64,000 nucleotides of DNA from contig OZ361257.1 in assembly GCA_977018835.1 (NCBI GenBank), positions 248,001-312,000 of the forward strand, written 5' to 3'. Each line of letters starts with the position of its first letter. Position 1 is the stretch's first letter. The notes beneath the pieces were generated by a model. The model had not been told where the DNA came from and did not search any database. It saw only the letters and a program-made list of their open reading frames with translations. Below, piece after piece: positions 35,869-47,131 of this stretch. Both the position numbers and the translations under genes were made by a program. This DNA is from Minutocellus sp. GHC0000111. Its lineage: Eukaryota.

Positions 35869-38429
35869 GTGTAGCTCTAGACATAGACCTTTTGTAACAA
35901 TAGCACAGGACGCGTCACAGGCGAGGAATTGCTGCTGCTGCTGCTGCTGCAAATTAATTGATGCGTGTAGTGCAAAAAAAGAAGTTTTGTTTGTTGTTTT
36001 GCAAAATGTTCATTTCCGTGTCATGTTTGTAACACATAGAACAGCCATTTTTTATCTAGTGACTCCCTATTTACGAGCATTTTGTCGGCGGTCTCGTGAA
36101 AACACTCTAGATCTACATCTACCGGCAGACGTCTACAGATCTACTTGTAGATTTAAGCTGAAAGTAAGCAGCCGCCTCCCACAACTCATTCAAAATTCAT
36201 TCCCAAAATTATTGCCAAATGAATGCACAGGCATGATGCGAAAGTCGATAGAGCTAAATGCCAGGACACTCTCCAATTGCACCACCGTTGTATTTCTTTA
36301 TACCTGAACATTGCTCCTACACCTGTGTTCCTTCCACCGGCACTGATGCTCATGCACAATCTCATCGCCTCCTCCACATTTGTCATCATCAGTGCCGAGT
36401 GCCGACAATGAGCGTGCGTGAGTCTGTGCAGGCAATTGCCTCAGCTCAGCGCTGGATCTTCTTTTCGCCCAAAGACCAACGACATATCGCTTCGTTTTGC
36501 ATCGGCTGTTCCTTCCACGCTGAGACGAACGAAGATGAGTGTGTGTCTCGGCTTGTTCGTTCGTCTGCCTGCTGCTGCTGTGTTCCACGATTTCGGCAAC
36601 ACCGAGCAGCTAAATCGTGCGGGCACGGTGCTTGTCCAATTTGTGGGGACGGAACAAGCCAGCCATGGAAATTAGCAGCAAGCCATCTTGATCGCTACTT
36701 CGTGCTTGAATTTTGTCTTCGTGCTCATTTCGATTTCAGAGAGCTGCTGCCACACAGCGAGCTGCTGCTGCAGAGCGAGCTGCTGCTGCAGAGCACGCTG
36801 CGTTTTTGTTAGTGCACTACCAACGGATTTCAGGATCGAGAGGTCCACTATGAGTGAATTGTTTGGCGAGAACGATGGTATGCACGGGTCCCATCTTTCG
36901 CAGGATGATAGTTGTACCATTGGAAAAGACAATCATATGCGGCAATCCATGGGGACACCCGACTACAAGCATGATAATTTTGGCAATTATGATGGCCTAC
37001 CAGTGGGCGTAAAATATTTACGAATTAATGAAAACGCTCGAGAGAAACGCGAAAGTTGGGGAACAGCCAAAGAAGGAAGAGACAGCTCAAGTTGCGGATG
37101 CCTTCCGTTTGCTCTCAAAATACTGTAGGATGCGCGGCATAGGAGTGTTGCGATCAAACGCAAAATGCAAAGCGGACAAGGAATCAATTACTTTGGTTGA
37201 TGATCCAAAAAGAGCATTTGACTTGTGGAAAAGATATGGGCCTGAGTGGAGTGAGGAGGACAAGGTGATAGATAGCGATCGGAAGAAACTCAACCCGAAT
37301 ACATGTAAAGGCCAGAAACAAGCCATGGCTCTTTTCGGAGAGACAATCCTACATTTTATCTTCGTTTCCTTTATTGTAGGGATTCCGAGGAGTGGAAACC
37401 TAGGCTGGGGGAACAACTGGAAACACGATTTCGACAGGGCAATCCCATTGATTCCAACTCGCCCCGAGATGTCAATGGCTCCTTTGAGTCGGCGTGCAAT
37501 CAATGCAGCAGTATTTTCATCCCAATCTTGCTTTCCCTCCTTTGTGAGAGGTTGGGGTACCGAGTCCTTCGTATGGACACGGCACAACCATTTCCCACCA
37601 TCGATGAGAGAGAAATGTTGTGCGCCAAGTTTGGCGCCGAAGTACGCAAGCGTCGGAGTAATCCTTCGTTGCAGGAAAAAGAAAGAACGTAGAGCGTTAG
37701 CAGCAGAGAACAGACATTCCGCAGGTTTAATCCTCATTTCTTTATTTTTTTTTTCAGCTGTAGTAGAGAGGCAGAAAGGGGGACTGGCGCGGCATTTGAT
37801 AGCAAAGAATTGACGTGGAGACCAGTACTTACGACTGAGGTTGAAATGATTCGACGACAATACCGTCGATCTACATATTTATGGGATTCGTCGGACTAGG
37901 TTAATGGAAGAGATTCGCTACGTCCCCATGCATGTTGCGCTACCTATTGCATTGACCGCTGGTTGTGTGACTATAATCTTTCTTAAATGGTTGCAGTCCT
38001 TTTTTCTGCCTCTTTACAGTAATCGCTGATCGTCCTTCTACCGCAAGCTACGTAGGTACCTGATTGGCCAAGCATCATAACACCAAGGACGATGAACAAG
38101 AAGATTGGAGGTTGCGACAAGGAAGGATTGCGACGAGAACGAAGGTTGAATCAACCAGAACGTTCATGGATAATATAAGTACGGCACTGAAGGTGATAAT
38201 CGGGCGCGCCCTGAGTAACCTGCGGTAAGGGCTGTGAGCTGAGTGAGCAAGTGTACCAGGCTCTACATGAAAACATGATGAATTAGAGGGAGTCATAATA
38301 TGATGAGTAAATTGCATTCCTACTATTCTCTAGGCTGTAACAATATGATATCTACATTCGGTTTCTCGACGTTCACATTACCCTTGATCAAGGGCCGGGT
38401 CCCTTGCCTTGATACGCATTATTCTCCTC

Positions 38430-39175
38430 CCACTCATGAATCCACAATGACTCGTCCCGGTTCTTCTATCTCAGCATCAATACAGGCCATGGCAAAATCC
38501 GTACAGTCCAAGGCAAGGTCGAACTCCTTGCACCGGGCACATCGGAAAGGCGTGTCAGGGAAGAGCTGGCACCACGACCGATTCATTTCACCGCACTAAC
38601 AACACGAGGGAAATGAATCATAAGCTTCACATTGTTCCTTGACAAAGATGTACCGCTTCTGGAGCAAATCGGAGAGACTCCCAGGAGGAAACGGGTGCGG
38701 TGGCCTGAGCGAGTTACCAGCCATGTGGGAAAGCTCACCGAGGTCACTCCCGAATCGGAGCCATCCCTCTTCCAACATCACCGCCCTCCGACATTCCGCA
38801 CTGCTGTACATGTACTCCTCGATTCCTTGGCTCAAAGTAGTACATCCAACGCTGCTGCCCAGGACGACATACCACGCACTTGAAAATTGAACGCCACGCA
38901 GGATCCACCGACTCGCGTACTGCCTTTGCCGTCATCTCCACCCTGGCCGACTCGACCGGATGGAGGAACGAGAAGGCAGCCGAAAGGGGACCAACACCCA
39001 AGGACGTATGCATCCTCGTTGAAACCCGGGCCGTAGTCATTGCTATCGCTCTCCATCCTTCCACTGCTAAGGTGCCGTGGCAAGCGGAGCGCGGTGGCTG
39101 TGCGTCGTCGGCAGTACGTCGTCGCAATGCCGGTTCAGAATATGGCCTGGTGGCCGGCCGGTGTGGTTCCGTCAT
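38430..39175 (-). pseudogene. Possible degraded gene with F-box-like N-terminal segment
   Basis: AAFSFLHPVESARVEMTAKAVRESVDPAWRSIF resembles an F-box; continuation is broken by frameshifts and stops. Confidence 0.25.
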
Positions 39176-39375
39176 TTTCAGCTGGTCATTCAGTCGTGTG
39201 AGTCGGTTGCTATTTTAGTCTCCAGGGGGGTGGACTAGGGCCTAGATTCCGTGTAGCGAGAGGAGCGTGCTCGCTAGGAATTCCTATCTCCTCGTTTTGA
39301 TGCACGTAGAAGAGAGTGTTACCTGGGCGACCGGCTAGACTACTGTTGGAGGGACTGACACAAATTTGTGCAGCA

Positions 39376-42300
39376 TGCTTGCCGCAGCGGCAGCAGCAGC
39401 TGCTGCGGAAGCAGCTGCTCGTGATGCAGCCGAAACAGAGGCACAGCAAGGTGGCGATGCAGTTCTGTCTGTCGCCATGTCGGCAATGGCAGGCGATGAA
39501 GTCGACGCTGCTGCGACGTTGGGACAGGATCCTTACGGACATGAACACCAGCTGGGGGGTTACGAAGCAGCGAACGGGATGGTTGTAGAACCAGTGGCGG
39601 AGGTAGGAATGGACCACTTGCTTCAACAGATGGTGGCGGAACAGCAGCAGGTTGAACGGGAGCAGCAGTTTCGTGAACAACTTGCCGCTGCAGCAGTGGC
39701 CGAGGCAGCTAGATTGAATCGGCCACAAGAGCATTTCATTACCATTGCCTCGAACGGTGAGTTGTCGTTGATTTCTTAAGTTATTGAAGGCCTTCTTGTG
39801 TCCTCAGAATATCAGGCACACAATTTTCGGGAAATCGATAGTGGACTTTTTGTTGCCTTCCTTTTCACGAAGTAGTCCCATCGCGCCGTTGTTAAGATTC
39901 CTTTGTCTTCTTCTCCTCTCACTCCTCCCTCTCCCAAATTGTCTACGCTCTAATATTCCTCATTGCCACGATAGGGACAATCCTTGGCATAACGGAGACT
40001 GCAACTGGTTTCCCCCCGAATAATTTTTTGATGACATCTGTGGATCTTTTGAACGCTTTGTTTTCACTGTTTTGTTTTCTGAAGTTGGATTTGTTAGTTT
40101 GTCGAGACTTTCTTGCTCATGGACTTTTTGTGCATTGATAATACGGCAGGTATGACTCTGTCCATGAAGAGGACCTTGTTGGGCTGCAATCAGTGAAGAA
40201 GCATTTTTGGGACCGGGGAAGGCCGGATGTCGAAGTCTACCTTCGCCGTCAAACTGTCGAAGGGGAATGGATATGGCTTGCATCGAAAGTTGTTTCTTTT
40301 ATTGACAATCCGGTCCCTGGGGTCATCTTGCACGAGTGCAGGGTCGAGAGTATAGAATTAGCAGAAACAGTATGTCGGACGACGAGAATAGCAGCCATGT
40401 TGACAGAAGCGGTACTCGATTCTCGTAGAGATGAGCTGTCAGGATCAGAGCCAATGTCAGACAGTCTCGGTGGTGCATCCAATGTTCCCGCAATTGCCAT
40501 CCCTGGTGTCGCAGACGATGCCGCTGCCTTACAATCCCTATTGGAAAATGCTGCGGGGGAATGGGGAATCGATCATTCAGGAAGCTCCAACCCATTGCAG
40601 CAACTGATGGATGCTGCAGCGAGCGGGGGGGCCATGCCGAACACAGGAAATGCAACTAACACCATCAACTCGAAAAAGAAGCGACTTGATCCACTGAGTG
40701 TGCTTGATATACTGCGTGCAGGTGCCTGTATTGACATGAGTAAGATATCTCTTACGACGGTCGAAGTAAAACTATTGACTTTGGTCCTAACGGGAAGAAT
40801 GCAGATAGAAGATCTACCGAACCTCGTCTTGACTGCAATGAATAGTCCCTCCCGGTCTCTGGCTTCGGTGCTGGATGGATATCCGACAGACTTTGACCTT
40901 CAACAAAGCAGAGTTGCTGCAGAAAGGCATGGGCATGCCTCAAGGAAAAGAACATCGAGATCACTCTCTAGTCAGTCTCCTCGCCATCTAAGGACCGAGT
41001 CTCTCCCAGCTTCACTTGCCGCATCAACGAGGCCAAAGCATCTGCGGCAACAATCGGCACATGTCAATGGTGAATCAATCTCGATGCTTCGTCGTGACGA
41101 CAAGGCTATGCTAGAGTTCAAGTCCTTACGACCCCCCAACATATCAGTTGTCAACCTCTCCTTTTCGAATGTTGGCAGCTCTGGCGTCGAGCTGCTTTGT
41201 GAGATTCTATACTCCAACACAGTTGGACTAAAAACACTGGACCTTAGCTTTTGCTCCCTCCGCGAGGCTGGGATAATAGCTCTTTGTCGAGCTTTTCGAA
41301 AAAGGAAAAAAGTTGGCTTGCCCGGTCTCCAGGGCTTACTCCTCAGTGGCAACTACATTTCTTATCGAGCAGCCAAAGAGCTAGGCCAAGCCCTCTCCTC
41401 GTCACCAGAGAAGAAACTTGGTAAAAGGCGGCAGGTCCGGCGTGAGATGACCGGATATGACGAAGATGACGAAGAGTTTGACGATGAAGAAGACGAAGAA
41501 GGAGATGATGACATCCTTTTCGGCGGCGGAGGAGGGAGACGGATCGAGGGAAATACTGAAGAGTCCGGAACAGGCGCCAAGCAGTCAGTACACTTTGAAA
41601 GGCGTTCTCGCTCGGACGACGTTGGCTTGCAGCTACTACATCTTGGTTGCACATCAATCACTCCCGAATCTCTTCATCAGATCTTGTTAGGTCTGGGCCA
41701 GGACTGTCCAATACGAGAATTGAGTATCCCATCCAATCGCATAGGATCTTCCGGGGCCACACTCCTCGTGGCATTCCTCGAGGGGAAAGGAATTCTCAAA
41801 TATAAGAGAGGAAGACCGGTAATGCCGAATCTAGACCGCTTGGATCTATCTAATAACGACTTGGGGAATGATGGTACTGCAAAACTGACCCGAGCCATCT
41901 CTAAACGCGTGAATGTTAATTTCTTTGATCTACGCCTATTGACAAACAACATTGGAGCTGGTGGGATCGAAACCATAATGAACAAATTGCTCCAGCACAA
42001 CCTCGTGAGCCTGTCACTTGATAACAACACTATCGGGGATAGAGGATGTCAGCTGGTAGCGGCTTCCCTCCCAAGCATGCACCATCTTTCGCGACTGAAT
42101 TTAAGTTTCAATCAAATTGGCAGCAGAGGAATAACGACTCTGATGAGGGCGCTAATAGGTAGTGAGAGTATAACATACCTTGGCCTTTCGGGGAATGTGC
42201 TGAAGATATCTGGAGCCATTGCCACAGGGTTTGCTCTTGCGCAGCACCCGCGGCTTGCAGAGCTGGAGCTGGATAACTGCTGTCTCAGCCAAGTTGCGCA

Positions 42301-43849
42301 GTGTCACATTGTCGCGGGAGTTATTTCTAATCGGTGGGTTCCGATGAAAAGGCTTAATGGGTTCCGTGTCGGCCCTCCTATGGTCGCAATTGGAGCACTT
42401 GAGGTTCTTGCTCAGCATTTGAGTAACGAAGAGTGCTTTCGTATAAGGCGTGACATACAAATGAAGACAATACTCCAATGGATGGAAAGTAACCGTGCCG
42501 CAAAAATGGCAGCAGAGGCCAACCAGTCCTCGGATGCCCAGATGGAATATGAGGAGGGGGGTGACAACTTTCTGACCGCAGATTTCGTCTCCGACGTCCG
42601 TGGCGCCGCGTCGCAAAGTGCATATCTCATGCTTGATTGGTTGAGCCGCATTCCTTTTGACGAAGACGAGTTGAATGATCTCAGGAGATATTTTACGACG
42701 GTGATGGGGGCGAAGGCGATGGCATGCGCGGTAGCGACGGCAATATCAACCTCAAGCATCGCGGTGACCTGCTTGCAGCCCTGGGAAGTGAAATTGCTGA
42801 CGAGATCAGAGACGCCGACCCAATATTTGAGTTTGAGAGTGAAAACTCAGTTGGTTTATTTCTCAACCCAGAAGAGAACGTCGACGACGATGATGTAGAT
42901 CGGGATTGGCTATGGGGCAGTGCTTGCAATCCTGATCGTGCCCTCTTGGAGTCTAATGTTAGACGAGAACGTGCCATGGAAGCTCAGGAAAAAAAAGAAA
43001 AAGCCCAAGCCTGAGCCTGTCGCTCCTTCCCCTGCTCCTCACTCTGCCGGCATCGTTGCTTCATTAGCAGCCAATCAAGATTCTACTATGCAGAATAGCT
43101 CTACGATGTCTTCGCTGTCACGGCAAAGCTTAATGTCTCGAGGATCAGCAAGGAGTACGAGTTCGCAAGGAGACAGGCCTGGAAGCAGCAATGCTCTCAA
43201 AGCTCGCATCACCATGTTTCCCCAATTCGCAGCTAAGCTTGACATGCTCAAAGCAAGCGCGCAAGAAATGATGGATAGAGAGGAGGATCCGAACCAACAG
43301 GATATTATTGCCCAGCAATTTGCAGAGGCGTCGCTGACCCTCATGCGGCAGCTTCGCTATCACTGTATGAATCAAGGTCTTGACGGCTGGCGTCAGGGAA
43401 AAATTCGACGCAAGGTCCTCATTGTTGATGATAGCATGGTAACGAGAAAAATGGTAGCAAGAGCGTTTGAGAAAGCAAATTTCATCGTCGACACAGCGGA
43501 AAATGGAATGGAAGGAGTGGCAAAGTTAAAGGAGTCAATCTACGACATCGCGTTCATGGACATTGACATGCCTGTCATGAATGGCTTTGACGCCACGAAA
43601 GCTCTTAGAGAATGGGAGGATAGGAAGAGGCCAGGGGCTCGACAGCCAATCTGCGCCCTGACTGCCGCTTACGTTGATGACTTCGAACGAGAGGAATTAA
43701 TGAAGTTCAAGGAGGCGGGGCTAGATGTGATGGAAAGCAAACCCTGCAACATACCTCGTTTGTTCAAGGTTGTCGACGACGTGTCTCCTATGTTCTCTGA
43801 CCTCAGCATCAGTGTCACACAGACCCAAACGCAGAGTGTTTACTCATAA
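39376..43849 (+). CDS. Multi-domain signalling protein: Ala/Gln-rich N-terminus, PAS, RNI-like LRRs, C-terminal receiver domain; introns within ~39758-40149; apparent frameshifts (~39385, ~42692, ~42995)
   Basis: PAS-like YDSVHEEDL..EVYLRRQTVEGEWIWL; LRRs LDLSFC, LLLSGNYI, LDLSNNDLGNDG, LSLDNNTIGDRG, LNLSFNQIGSRG; receiver KVLIVDD..FMDIDMPVMNG..ALTA..SKP. Confidence 0.8.
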
Positions 43850-44093
43850 GCCCATGTTTGGATCTGTCTACGTGTGTACACTGTAGCTACATGTACGGTA
43901 GCTACACGATCGAGTACTAGCTAGACAGATACTGTAAATCTAGGACCGACTCAAATACTTTGTCTTTAAAACTTTACTGTACATGTAATTCTTTTAAGCG
44001 GCACTGGCAGACCGGATATGTGTCGGCATTGCCTTGTTGATTATTTTTGTCCTCCTCGTGTTCCTTGTGCATCTGAATTGCTGATTCCTCAAA

Positions 44094-44400
44094 ATCAATT
44101 GGGATTGGTTCTAATTCTTTCATTACGATAGATAGATTTAAGCTTTTAGATTACTTAGCGGGACGACGCCACCACCACCACATCAAAATCATCCTTGTGT
44201 CCTTTCACCCTCACTCAATCTTATCATCCTACAAAGTTTACAATTACGATCTTGTTTTATGTTGTTAATATTCGTTCTTACTGATGCAAATAAGGCTACC
44301 CATTCAATTGACTTTGGTTCTAACTTTTCATTACGATAGATATATTTTAGCTTAACTTAGCGGGACGACACCACCACCACCACCACCACCACCACCACAC
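44094..44400 (+). mobile_element. Two tandem RTE-like 3' ends with (CAC)n tails
   Basis: ttggttctaa..ttcattacgatagata..ttagcgggacgac(a/g)ccaccacc twice; aligns with 54050-54212. Confidence 0.8.
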
Positions 44401-44720
44401 TACCGGTACCGAATCGGTAGATCTACCTACCTACTACGTACTCTAGACTAGAGTAGCTACGTACGTACTACTACGTAGCTAGAGTAGCATACTAGACTAG
44501 CTACGTAGTACTATTACATGTAGTACGTAGCTACTACGTAGACCTTCTACGTAGGCCTTCTACATGTACCTAGGTACGACTCTAGAGCTACGTAGCTACG
44601 TAGCTACGTAGGTAGAGTCTAGCTACGTAGCTAGGCTTTCTAGCTAGACTAGACTAATTAGCTAGAGGTACGAGATTCGTAGTTGTTCAGTGGCTTGAAT
44701 AAGTTTACTCTCTAGCTACG
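44401..44720. repeat. Tract built largely of nested TA-flanked micro-palindromes
   Basis: taccggta, tagatcta, tacgta, tagcta, tagacta, tacatgta, tagagtcta in succession; similar tracts at 6617-6750, 12270-12600, 15001-15190, 22283-22555. Confidence 0.85.
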
Positions 44721-44737
44721 TTGTACATCCCAGGATC

Positions 44738-46599
44738 ATGCGCTTGAGAGACTGGAAAGTGTTCTAACATACAGCGCTGTGGCTGTTGTTGGAGGATGTC
44801 GTCATCTCAATGCTCCTCCCGCAGCATCGCATGCAGCCTTTACGTTTCCTAACCGCCCACAGAATTGCGCATGCAGTAACAGAGGCAGGCACAGGTATCA
44901 CGACCACTATGTTTTTATTACCTCTGCCTTTGCAGAGTCGCCGAGGAGGTCTCCATCCGGGGATGTTGGCGCCAAAAGACCCGTTCCAAGTGTGGGACGA
45001 AAGAGAAAGGCATTGAGCAAAGCCATTGCTAGCATGCAAAAGAAAATGGCAGCCGCGAGGCCTCAAGGTGTGTCATCAGCGATCGCAGCAGATGATTTTA
45101 CGAGGGATAAAGCCGAAAATGAGCCAGAAGGTTTAGTGCAGTCAATGCGGAGTCGGGATGAACAAGGGGAAGACAAATGGTACGGTCACGCTGTCGAGGG
45201 GATGGAATACAGTTGTGTAATCGAAGCTGAGGCAACTGCAGCGCTCAACGCGTTGGCGATAGCAAAGACAGCAGCCGCCGATGCATTTGACGCAGCAGAA
45301 AGTGAAATTGGAGATGCCGAAATTTTGTTAGAGGAATCAAAACGGGCGTTAAATAAAGCAAAGGCTGAGGCAGCCTCCGCTCTGATGGCTGCGGAAGTTG
45401 CAGCAATGGAGGCGCTGAGTGCGGCTCGAAAGGCAACAACAATGGCAACAGCAATGGCAGATGAAACAAAAAACACCGCGAACCAAATAGCAGAAGATGA
45501 CGCTATGGGTCTCAAATATGATGATGTTGACTATCATTTAAGTGAAATGTCTCCGCCATTTATTGACGAGGACCAGTGCCTCGTGCCTGGCGAAGCACTT
45601 GTTCGTGTGGAAAAAGCACCTGGTGAGTGTGTGTGATCGCATCTACAACCTTACGTCGTGCCGTCGGTAATGATGTTGGTGTTCTAACATGACTCATCAC
45701 CTTCTCTCTCCCCCGCCTCTCTTTACGATTACAACTCCAATATTCTTCCATTGCGCTTTTCTTTATTCCTAACACGCTTCGCAGAGAATTCCCGTCGCAT
45801 ATTCGCCGGTATTGATATTATGGCCAGCACTGACGCCGTTTGGAATGAAAGCGTAAGAAAAATGCTGTTGGCGCCTTGTTTTGAGGGCGCTGTTCTGGTT
45901 TTTCTCTTACAAGCCCTCTTGCTCTCTGTCTTCTCTTCCAACCTCAAGGTGCTAACTGATTATGAAAATCTGCAGAGGGTCGTACCGAATCTTGCGGTGA
46001 ATGAGGTTTTAGCCTTGTACGATGGCGATTATCGCCTCCCTTCGTACGCAATTGATCCTTCGCTGCCCGACGAAGTACAATGCGAAAAAATCTCAAAGCA
46101 GATGAAAGGGGCAAAGCTTCGCCAAGTAGGCTCCGCTAAGGTCGTAGGAATTTATTTTTCGGCAAAAACGACACTTGAAGTCAGAGAGTGGCCTGAGGGT
46201 ATGCCCGATTTTGCCCATTTTGACGAGGAATTGTATGATGGAAAAACGAGAAAAAAAACGAATAAGAGAGGATACGAAGATGAAGCTGCAAAGATATCGC
46301 TTTCCGCGTCCCTCTTTGCGTTGACAAAATTGCGTCATCGGGATATCTCGATGCAAAGTGTCGAAGATGATGACGGAGAGTTTCGCCTTTACCAAGGTGT
46401 GTGGAGGATGCAGCCGTTGCCCGGATGCGCCCCAGACGGTGAAAATGCAATGAGATTGACATATGCCGTAGAAATAAGCCCTCGACCATATCTGCCGGTT
46501 GCACTTGTTGAGAGTCGAATAGCAAATGATTTGTACAACAATCTGAAAAGCATTCGATCGTATGTTCAGGGTAAAAAGAATGGAGAGGTCAAGAGATGA
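44738..46599 (+). CDS. START/polyketide-cyclase (Coq10-like) domain protein, possibly plastid-targeted; introns ~45622-45784 and ~45853-45948
   Basis: SRRIFAGIDI..DAVW..VLTDYENLQRVVPNL, DGEFRLYQGVWRMQP, LTYAVEISPRPYLPVALVESRI; start uncertain; local frame disturbance ~46270-46340. Confidence 0.7.
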
Positions 46600-47131
46600 C
46601 AATGCATGAGTCTGGGTGGAACTGAGAGATTGCAAAATTCAATCCATCAATTGGGGGGGGGGTCCAGACATATCGAAGCATAGTTAGACGTGTCAAAAGT
46701 CATATCGAATAATTTCCAAACTCGGACATGTCTCACGAGAAGAGATGTCAATGGCTGAGAACTGAAAAGTCCAATTCCATCGGGGTATCGATTTTGGTCT
46801 CACAAAAAGCATACCTACGTACGGGTAGGTACATGGAAACTGCGCAAGTGAGATAAAAAAAATATGAAATACCAAGACCTGAGGCTCGTTACACGTAGGG
46901 GTACATGTAGCAATGAAGGCAGAGAAAAATAGTGATACATCCCTCTTCGTCATCTACAAATAAGTATCATATAGAGTAATTACTCTACTTAGCAGGCTTG
47001 TGCCAGAAAGAATCGTCACTTGCTAGCTTGTGACCACTCTTGTAGCTACTTGCAAACAGTCACGACATGGATACGCACTAGACTACTAAGTGCTGAAAGC
47101 GCCTTAACGCTTATTTCTTTCCCCTTAACGC

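Larger units (their letters stand above)
34692..35950 (+). mobile_element. (GCT)n-tailed repeat copy interrupted by ~850 bp (Penelope-like fragment plus TATTACAAATC-family segment)
   Basis: Segments that are nearly adjacent at 1768-1800 are separated here by 35021-35875. Confidence 0.6.
22275..36848 (+). repeat. Left arm of ~14.6-kb inverted segmental duplication (outer limit set by window end)
   Basis: Reverse complement of 49394-64000; mirrored ORF track; identity stops after ...gatcgagaggtccac (36848). Confidence 0.97.

Noticed and set aside
36258..36932. Cys/Gln-rich ORFs from CTG/CAG runs (mirrored at 49345-49983)
   Set aside because: Products of short tandem repeats (gagctgctgctgcagagc) within a repeat; they recur only because of the duplication
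44281..44300. ctgatgcaaa as a second hammerhead core
   Set aside because: Lacks CUGANGA and a properly placed GAAA
44368..44400. (CAC)n and (AAGGAT)n tracts as interstitial telomeres
   Set aside because: Not TTAGGG-like; (CAC)n is always attached to the same LINE 3' sequence
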